In this document: positions 52,623 to 59,080 of the stretch, one piece after another
How the letters are laid out: each line of letters starts with the position of its first letter
Numbering within the stretch: position 1 is the stretch's first letter
DNA from: Nitrospirae bacterium MYbin3
Lineage (GTDB): Bacteria; Nitrospirota; Thermodesulfovibrionia; Thermodesulfovibrionales; Dissulfurispiraceae
Reading direction: 5' to 3'
Assembly: GCA_002753335.1 (NCBI GenBank)
Contig: PEAD01000003.1
Location: forward strand, 124,001-183,080
DNA: 59,080 nt
The notes under the pieces: generated by a model
The model's input: only the letters and a program-made list of their open reading frames with translations
Told to the model about the DNA's origin: nothing
Database searches by the model: none
Translations under genes and position numbers: made by a program

Positions 52623-53826
52623 CTCTTTCACGAAAGACCTTTCGGCGCAGCAGCGCATCGAGATTGATGCCTGCACACAGTGCGGCGAATGCCTGAAATG
52701 CTGCCCTGTTCAGGAGGTTACCGGCAAACCAAAAATATCACCTCCCGAAAAAATGCGCATGTTCAGAGAGTTTATCAAAGCCACAGATGGCATGAAATCA
52801 AGGCTTTTCGGGCAGTCGGAGATTGATAAAGAACTTCTTGAGGATTTTACCAAAGCTGTTTATGAATGCACAGTCTGCGGAGCCTGCGGCGAAGCCTGCA
52901 CTGTTGGAATACACACGCAGAGGCTCTGGCCGATGCTGCGCAGGGAAATGGTCAAGAGGGGTTTGGGGCCGCTAGGTGTTCAGACAAAGATGCAGGAGGT
53001 CATAACGAACACAGGCAACCCGTACAACAAGCCTGCTTCTGAGCGCTTCAGTCCTTGGTTTCCTGCGCATGTTAGCGTTGAGGAAAAAGCGGAGATAGCC
53101 TACTACGCAGGATGCACAGGTGTTTATGAGGCGCAGCCTATGGTCAAAGGAGATGTGCTGATCTTAGGCGCATCGGGCGTTCCGTTTACAATGCTGCCAC
53201 CTGAAGATGAGGTCTGCTGCGGCTTTCCGTTGTTTATCACCGGCCAGCACGATATGCTGGAAGGACTTGTGAAAAGGCTCGTTGACGCTTACGCTGTGAG
53301 AGGAGTGAAGACACTGGTCTGCTCCTGCCCCTGCTGCGTGAATATCATGGCGAGGGACTGGCCTGCTTTTTACGGCAAGGAACTGCCTTTCAAAATACGC
53401 CACATATCACAGTTTACTATTGATGCGCTGAATAGCGGCGCATTGCGCTTTAAGAGAGAGTTGAACGAGCGCCTAATTTACCATGACCCTTGCTATCTCT
53501 CCAGAGGTGTCGGAGTCATAGAAGAACCGAGGTCTGTGCTGCGGAGCATCCCGGGGGTTGAGCTTGTTGAGTTCGAGCGCCATGGCATGGATTCAAGGTG
53601 CTGCGGCTCCGGAGGCGCGGCAAGAAAGGTCTTTCATGACAACGCCATAGCCATGGGAAGGCTTGCAATAGATGAGGCTGTGGCAAAAAAGGCTGACAGG
53701 CTTATACTTGCATGTCCTGCCTGCTATGCTAAAGTTAATGAAGCTATGTCTGACCACGATAAAAAGATAAAGATCACTGATATAATGGAACTTGCAGCAG
53801 AAATGATTGATTGCGGGGAGAGATGA
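52606..53826 (+). CDS. HdrD-like Fe-S oxidoreductase (2x[4Fe-4S] + 2 CCG domains)
   Basis: CTQCGECLKCCP, CTVCGACGEAC, GNP, YYAGC, EVCCG, CPCC, YHDPC, RCCG, CPAC. Confidence 0.88.
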   Translation: MMKKNNSFTKDLSAQQRIEIDACTQCGECLKCCPVQEVTGKPKISPPEKMRMFREFIKATDGMKSRLFGQSEIDKELLEDFTKAVYECTVCGACGEACTVGIHTQRLWPMLRREMVKRGLGPLGVQTKMQEVITNTGNPYNKPASERFSPWFPAHVSVEEKAEIAYYAGCTGVYEAQPMVKGDVLILGASGVPFTMLPPEDEVCCGFPLFITGQHDMLEGLVKRLVDAYAVRGVKTLVCSCPCCVNIMARDWPAFYGKELPFKIRHISQFTIDALNSGALRFKRELNERLIYHDPCYLSRGVGVIEEPRSVLRSIPGVELVEFERHGMDSRCCGSGGAARKVFHDNAIAMGRLAIDEAVAKKADRLILACPACYAKVNEAMSDHDKKIKITDIMELAAEMIDCGER

Positions 53827-55085
53827 GCCATTTCAACATAAGATGCAGAGCGTGCGGAAAGAGTTTAGAACATGTTTACTGCGCTTTTTGCGAACACTGC
53901 AAAGATGCTCTTCTCGTAACCGAATACCACGACAAACTATTTTCCGAAAAAGATTCAGCCGGTATCTGGAAATACAACTGGCTTCCTGTGCATTTATCCA
54001 GCTTTGAACAACCCGGTCCGGTGGTTTATAAATCAGAAGAGCTTGCGGACGAACTCGAACTGAGAAATCTTTATATAGTCTTCAACGGGTATTGGCCCGA
54101 AAGAGGTGCGTTTATAGAAACCTGCACCTTCAAGGAATTTGAGGCTGCTGTGGTTTTGCAGAACGCAATCGACAACGGAATCGAAGGCCTGACAGTGGCG
54201 TCTGCCGGAAACACCGCAAGGGCATTTGCTCATCTCTCTTCAATCTCAGGCTTCCCTGTTCTTATAGTAGTGCCGAGGATGTGCCTTTCTGAAATGTGGT
54301 ATCTCGAAAGCCATACGGGGATTTCTACTTTTGTTGTGGGTGACGGCGACTATTCTAATGCTATAGATGTGGCAAAGAGGATTGCTATGGCATCTGGTAT
54401 GCCGTTTGAAGGAGGCACCAAGAATATTGCCAAGAGGGACGGGCTTGGCATTGTGATGCTTGAGGCTGTATCGAAAATAGGCAGGCTTCCGGACCACTAT
54501 TTTCAGGCTGTCGGTAGCGGAGCCGGAGCTGTCGGCGTATGGGAAATGTGCGAAAGGTTTTTGAGGGACGGACGCTTCGGTTCCAGTTTTCCGCAGATGC
54601 ATCTTGCCCAAAACGCGCCTTTTGCTCCTATGGTCAAGGCTTGGCTGAAGGGCAGCCGCAGTCTGTTTGCAGAAGATTTAAGACCTGAACTTATAGGCGA
54701 AATTTCTACAAGGGTTCTTTCAAGCAGGTATCCCGCCTACAGCGTTAAGGGCGGTGTTTATGACGCGCTTACCGCGACAAACGGAATGACCTACGGTATA
54801 AGGAACGAGGATGTATTTGTTGCACAGAATATATTTCACGCTGCCGAGGGGATAGATGTTGTGCCTGCCGCAGGCGTTGCTGTCGCAGCGCTGATGAGCG
54901 CAGTGAATTCTGGAGCTGTTCGCAAAAACGATACTATCCTGCTTAATATAACCGGCGGCGGAGAGAAGCATTTCAAAGACAAGAACAAGGCCCATATGCT
55001 CTCCGAGCCTGTTTTCGTGTCAAAAGACATTACCGATGATGATATGGAGAAACTGCTATGCGATACCCTGAAAAAGAACTCATAG
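53823..55085 (+). CDS. Cysteate synthase (threonine-synthase-related PLP enzyme, Methanosarcina type)
   Basis: FNGYWPERGA, TCTFKEFEA, ASAGNTARAF, EGGTKNIAKRDG, PDHYFQAVGSG, AQNAPF, LNITGGG; ATGA overlap with the upstream stop. Confidence 0.87.
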   Translation: MSHFNIRCRACGKSLEHVYCAFCEHCKDALLVTEYHDKLFSEKDSAGIWKYNWLPVHLSSFEQPGPVVYKSEELADELELRNLYIVFNGYWPERGAFIETCTFKEFEAAVVLQNAIDNGIEGLTVASAGNTARAFAHLSSISGFPVLIVVPRMCLSEMWYLESHTGISTFVVGDGDYSNAIDVAKRIAMASGMPFEGGTKNIAKRDGLGIVMLEAVSKIGRLPDHYFQAVGSGAGAVGVWEMCERFLRDGRFGSSFPQMHLAQNAPFAPMVKAWLKGSRSLFAEDLRPELIGEISTRVLSSRYPAYSVKGGVYDALTATNGMTYGIRNEDVFVAQNIFHAAEGIDVVPAAGVAVAALMSAVNSGAVRKNDTILLNITGGGEKHFKDKNKAHMLSEPVFVSKDITDDDMEKLLCDTLKKNS

Positions 55086-56200
55086 GCATTCTTCAGGCGG
55101 CAGGCGTTGATTTCACCTGCTCGCTTCCGTGCGAGAAGATCAAGATTCTACTCGAAATGATTCAGGATAATTTTACCCATATCCCTCTTACGAGAGAAGA
55201 GGAGGGGGTGGGGATATGCGCTGGGGCTGCTCTTTCTGGACGTAAACCCGCAATGTTTGTGCAGAGTTCGGGCATCGGCAATATGATCAATGCCTTGCTT
55301 TCGTTGACCGGATTTTATGAGCTGCCGCTTGCTATCTTTGTAAGCCAGCGCGGCATTTATAAAGAAAAGATAGCTGCCCAGTTTCCGATGGGAAGGAATC
55401 TAACAGGGATTTTAGAGGGAGCGAAAATAGGTTATACGCTTATTCACAGGCGTGTGGATTTCAAAGTCATAAAGAGAAAACTGGACTCGATTTATAAGTT
55501 CGGAAAGATTCATGTTTTTTTAATTAGTCCTGCCGTATGGGAAAATTCTGAGGCGATAAGCAAAGGCATATCGGTTCAGCCGCATGAGAGAAGAACAGGC
55601 TTGGACAGTTTTCCCTGCACGCTGCATCCTGTTTCTCCGCCTGCCTTTACGCGTTATGAACTGCTTGGGGGCATAGCTCCATTTCTGTCTTCAAAAGTTG
55701 TTGTATGCAACTTGGGTTTTCCTGCAAAGGAAGTTTATGAGATTAAGCATCAGCCGTCTAATTTTTATATGCTCGGCAGCATGGGGCTTGCGACCTCGAT
55801 CGGCCTCGGCATAAGTCTGACAACAAAAAGAGAAGTTGTGGTTATAGATGGCGACGGCAGTATCCTTATGAACCCAGGAGGATTGGCAACCGCAGCTTAC
55901 AGCAATCCCCAAAACCTTACTATTATTGCGATCGACAACGGGGCTTACGGTTCAACCGGAAGCCAGCCTACGCTTGCCGGTTCATGCGTTGACTTGGAGC
56001 TTCTGGCTAAAGGCTTTGGGATAAGCAACACCATAAAAGTTTCTAAAATGAAGCAGCTCTCTGATGCTCTGAAAAAACATAAGCACGGGCTGTTTTTTGT
56101 CCATGCCCTCGCTATTCCGGGCAACCGTGATGTTCCGAATATACCTATAACTCACATCGAGATCAAAAAATCAGTCCAGAAATTTCTGAGTAAAAAGTAA
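55058..56200 (+). CDS. comDE: Sulfopyruvate decarboxylase, fused alpha/beta subunits
   Basis: ComD half: SLPCE, TREEEGVGICAG, QSSGIGNMINALLSL. ComE half: NLGFPAKE, NFYMLGSMG, TPP motif GDGS...DNG, YGSTG.QPT. Confidence 0.9.
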   Translation: MRYPEKELIGILQAAGVDFTCSLPCEKIKILLEMIQDNFTHIPLTREEEGVGICAGAALSGRKPAMFVQSSGIGNMINALLSLTGFYELPLAIFVSQRGIYKEKIAAQFPMGRNLTGILEGAKIGYTLIHRRVDFKVIKRKLDSIYKFGKIHVFLISPAVWENSEAISKGISVQPHERRTGLDSFPCTLHPVSPPAFTRYELLGGIAPFLSSKVVVCNLGFPAKEVYEIKHQPSNFYMLGSMGLATSIGLGISLTTKREVVVIDGDGSILMNPGGLATAAYSNPQNLTIIAIDNGAYGSTGSQPTLAGSCVDLELLAKGFGISNTIKVSKMKQLSDALKKHKHGLFFVHALAIPGNRDVPNIPITHIEIKKSVQKFLSKK

Positions 56201-56245
56201 CGGCTTCGTTGAATAGATTCTTTTTTGCATGTTAGTATTAAGCAA

Positions 56246-56944
56246 ATGCGTATAACTCTTATAATTGCTTTGTTGCTTCTAGGTTTCTCCACGGTCAGCG
56301 GCGAGATATTTAAATACCAGTCTGACGAGGGAGTTGCATATTTTACCAATGCTGCAGTGGGAAACAAGGACAGGCCTGCTGCCGGAGAGTCCAAGTCCTC
56401 GGCCGTAAGGATTAACCCCAAACAGTATGCGGCTTTAAACAAAAGTTTTTTTCATGACATAGCGGAAGAGAAGGCACGGGAGCATAATATTGATCCTGAA
56501 CTGGTTAAGGCTGTGATAAAGGCAGAATCCAACTGGAATCCTGTTGCGGTGTCGAGGAAAGGCGCGCGCGGTCTTATGCAGCTGATGCCTTCAACAGCGG
56601 CTGATTTAGGTGTTTTAAATTCTTTTAATCCTGAAGAGAATATAGACGGCGGTATAAGGTATCTGAAGTATCTGCTTGAACGCTTCAACGGCAACCTTAT
56701 GCTTGCGCTTGCAGCTTATAATGCCGGGCCTAATCTTGTTGACAGGATAAAGAGCGTTCCGGCAATACCAGAAACAGTTTCTTATGTTCGGCGGATTATC
56801 AGGGATTATTCTGGCAGCGGTTATGGCAGCCGGTCTGCTATGACTGCGGTGAAAGGCTCTAACGGAGACAGGATACACAAGATAGTCAACAAAGACGGAA
56901 CGATACTTCTCACAAATACATACGCAGGAAAGCAAGAACTCTAA
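56246..56944 (+). CDS. Soluble lytic transglycosylase (SLT domain)
   Basis: AVIKAESN, GARGLMQLMP, AAYNAG, ETVSYV; N-terminal signal sequence. Confidence 0.92.
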   Translation: MRITLIIALLLLGFSTVSGEIFKYQSDEGVAYFTNAAVGNKDRPAAGESKSSAVRINPKQYAALNKSFFHDIAEEKAREHNIDPELVKAVIKAESNWNPVAVSRKGARGLMQLMPSTAADLGVLNSFNPEENIDGGIRYLKYLLERFNGNLMLALAAYNAGPNLVDRIKSVPAIPETVSYVRRIIRDYSGSGYGSRSAMTAVKGSNGDRIHKIVNKDGTILLTNTYAGKQEL

Positions 56945-56945
56945 G

Positions 56946-57932
56946 ATGCCTGTTGATCAGCAGTCTATTGTTGATGAGATACTGAGGCTCAAGAGCGAAA
57001 GAAACGCCGTAATCATTGCCCACAACTACCAGCGCGACGAAGTTCAGGACATTGCCGACCATACAGGCGATTCCCTTGAGCTGTCACGCATTGCCTCCGA
57101 AATCGACTGCTCTGTCATAGTTTTTTGCGGAGTGCATTTTATGGCAGAGAGCGCTTCAATATTATCACCGCAAAAAACGGTTCTTTTGCCTGAGTTGACT
57201 GCCGGATGTCCTATGGCGGACATGGTTCAGGTTAAGGGCATGCGTGAGGTGAAGAAAACATTTCAGGGTTATGAGGCGCAGCCTGTGTTTGCTTTTTCTC
57301 ACGAGTTTTCCCTTTTGGATATGAAGGCTGAACACCCGGGAGTTCCTGTTGTAGCGTATGTGAACACAACCGCTGAGGTGAAGGCTCACAGCGATATCTG
57401 CTGCACCTCTGCGAATGTGGTTAAGATTATAGAATCGCTGCCGGGTGATACCGTAATCTGCATACCTGATAAAAACCTTTCTGCATGGGCCGCTAAAAAC
57501 ACTAAAAAGAAAGTTATCGCATGGGACGGTTTCTGCCATGTGCATGACCGCATTACGGTCAAGGATGTTGAGAAAGCTAGAGCCGAACATCCAGACGCGC
57601 TTTTGATGGCGCATCCTGAATGCAGGATAGAAGTGCTTGAAGCTGCGGACCATGTTACAAGCACTTCAGGTATGCTCAGATTTGCGAAGGTATCCGATGC
57701 AAAAGAGTTTGTGGTCGGAACAGAAGTTGGGTTGATGCACCGGTTGAGAAAAGAAAATCCGGACAAGATTTTTCATGCCCTAAGAAACGATATGGTCTGT
57801 CCAAATATGAAAAAGACTACATTGAACAGCATCTATCTTGCGCTTAAAGAGATGAATCCGGTTGTTAAAGTTCCGGAAGATATAAGAGTTCAGGCAAAGA
57901 AGTCTCTCGACAGGATGCTGGCAGTCAAGTAG
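56946..57932 (+). CDS. nadA: Quinolinate synthase
   Basis: AHNYQ, GDSLELS, FCGVHFMAE, GCPMA, YVNT, CHVH, AHPEC, CPNMK. Confidence 0.96.
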   Translation: MPVDQQSIVDEILRLKSERNAVIIAHNYQRDEVQDIADHTGDSLELSRIASEIDCSVIVFCGVHFMAESASILSPQKTVLLPELTAGCPMADMVQVKGMREVKKTFQGYEAQPVFAFSHEFSLLDMKAEHPGVPVVAYVNTTAEVKAHSDICCTSANVVKIIESLPGDTVICIPDKNLSAWAAKNTKKKVIAWDGFCHVHDRITVKDVEKARAEHPDALLMAHPECRIEVLEAADHVTSTSGMLRFAKVSDAKEFVVGTEVGLMHRLRKENPDKIFHALRNDMVCPNMKKTTLNSIYLALKEMNPVVKVPEDIRVQAKKSLDRMLAVK

Positions 57933-59059
57933 TGTCTTTTCTCTCCGAAAAAATTCTTCAAAAAATAAAAAGCAGCGGGCCGATAAGTTTCGAGTCGTTT
58001 ATGGAAATGGCGCTATATTATCCTGAGCTTGGCTACTATTCAAGGCCTGGGGCTGTAGTAGGTCGGTCAGGCGATTTTTATACATCTGCACATCTGCACA
58101 AACTTTTTGGAGCAATGCTCGGAAAACAGATGATAGAAATGTGGATACATCTGGGGCAGCCCAAAATTTTTAACATAGTCGAGATGGGCGCGGGCATGGG
58201 TCTTTTGGCAAAGGACATGCTCGATTATCTTAAGGCTCACGAAATCTTTGACCGTCTGAAATACAGCATAGTAGAGATTAGCCCTACTTTAAGACAAAAA
58301 CAGGCAGAGACTCTTGCTGAATATCAGGATAAGATTCTATGGTTTGACCGTATCGAATCGCTGCATGATTTTGAAGGCTGTCTGTTTTCGAATGAACTGC
58401 TTGATGCCTTTCCTGTTAGGCTTGTTCAGATGGATGATGGTGTATTCAAGGAGGTAATGGTTTCTGAAGAAGGTGGAACTTTTCGCGAAACCCTTGCTCC
58501 CTGCGATGATGATACTCAGAAATATATAGACAGATTTTTTTTGCAGGATGGAGAAACCTTCCATGATGGCTACAGGACAGAAATCAACCTGGGTGTGAAA
58601 GAATGGCTCGAAACCTTGAGCAGAAAGCTTTTGCGAGGTTTCGTGATGACTATAGATTACGGTTATCCGGTTTGGGACTATTACAGTCAGCGACGCAACA
58701 GAGGAACGCTTCTCTGCTATCACAGGCACAGGGTCAATGAAAAACCTTATCAGAATATAGGGGAGCAGGACATCACCGCGCATATCAATTTCTCTTCGTT
58801 AAAGGTCTGGGGTGAAGCTCTGGAATTGAAGACTATCGGTTTTTGTCCTCAGGGCACCTATCTCGTCTCTCTCGGACTGGATGAGGCTATAAAGGAATTT
58901 TACGGAGAAGAGCCTGCAACCGGACTGCTTTTGAATCTGAAAGCTCTTATTTTGCCTGAAGGAATGGGTATGAGTCATAAAGTGATGATTCAGTATAAGG
59001 GTGAGAGGATACCGCCTCTAAGGGGCTTTTCTTTTCGCAACGAAGCAGACAGGCTTTAG
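57932..59059 (+). CDS. MidA/NDUFAF7-family SAM-dependent methyltransferase
   Basis: FMEMALY...GYY, GDFYTS, EMGAG.G, SNELLDAFP, IDYG, QDITAHINF. Confidence 0.92.
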   Translation: MSFLSEKILQKIKSSGPISFESFMEMALYYPELGYYSRPGAVVGRSGDFYTSAHLHKLFGAMLGKQMIEMWIHLGQPKIFNIVEMGAGMGLLAKDMLDYLKAHEIFDRLKYSIVEISPTLRQKQAETLAEYQDKILWFDRIESLHDFEGCLFSNELLDAFPVRLVQMDDGVFKEVMVSEEGGTFRETLAPCDDDTQKYIDRFFLQDGETFHDGYRTEINLGVKEWLETLSRKLLRGFVMTIDYGYPVWDYYSQRRNRGTLLCYHRHRVNEKPYQNIGEQDITAHINFSSLKVWGEALELKTIGFCPQGTYLVSLGLDEAIKEFYGEEPATGLLLNLKALILPEGMGMSHKVMIQYKGERIPPLRGFSFRNEADRL

Positions 59060-59080
59060 CATTTTATCAAAAAAAAAGAG

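Noticed and set aside
53823..55085. Ordinary threonine synthase (thrC)
   Set aside because: It has TCTFKEFEA rather than the ThrC-type SFKDRG motif and overlaps comDE.
44107..56200. Methanogenesis or archaeal origin of the contig
   Set aside because: No mcr or mtrA-G in the window. The flanking genes, the sigma-54 promoter and the peptidoglycan and outer-membrane genes are bacterial.

Overview
Chromosomal window from an anaerobic bacterium. Gene style and content suggest a Nitrospirota/Thermodesulfovibrionia-like or deltaproteobacterial-like organism (inference only). 1-17 kb is a signal-transduction array: five PAS histidine kinases, an MCP, HU and a 1,770-aa Ser/Thr-kinase-like/ATPase/GAF/PAS/LuxR fusion. 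17-39 kb is mostly housekeeping: rplU-rpmA-obgE-proB, CIRCE-controlled hrcA-grpE-dnaK-dnaJ-rsmE, ornithine decarboxylase-speE, tRNA-Thr(CGT), atpZ/atpI, pgi and typA, plus two damaged genes. 39-44 kb holds envelope genes (YjbE-like, YjbH, L,D-transpeptidase). The main result is a 13-gene cluster at 44.1-56.2 kb behind a consensus sigma-54 promoter. It combines a corrinoid methyl-transfer module (two MtaA/CmuA-type Zn-thiol methyltransferases, an MtrH-family methyltransferase, a corrinoid protein and a RamA/RACo activator), a DsrM-like cytochrome b plus HdrD-like pair, and the Methanosarcina-type coenzyme M genes (cysteate synthase and fused ComDE). This suggests a bacterial CoM-linked methyl/thiol pathway; no mcr gene is present in the window. 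The window ends with slt-nadA-MidA-family genes. All calls rest on motif recognition by eye; no database searches were run.
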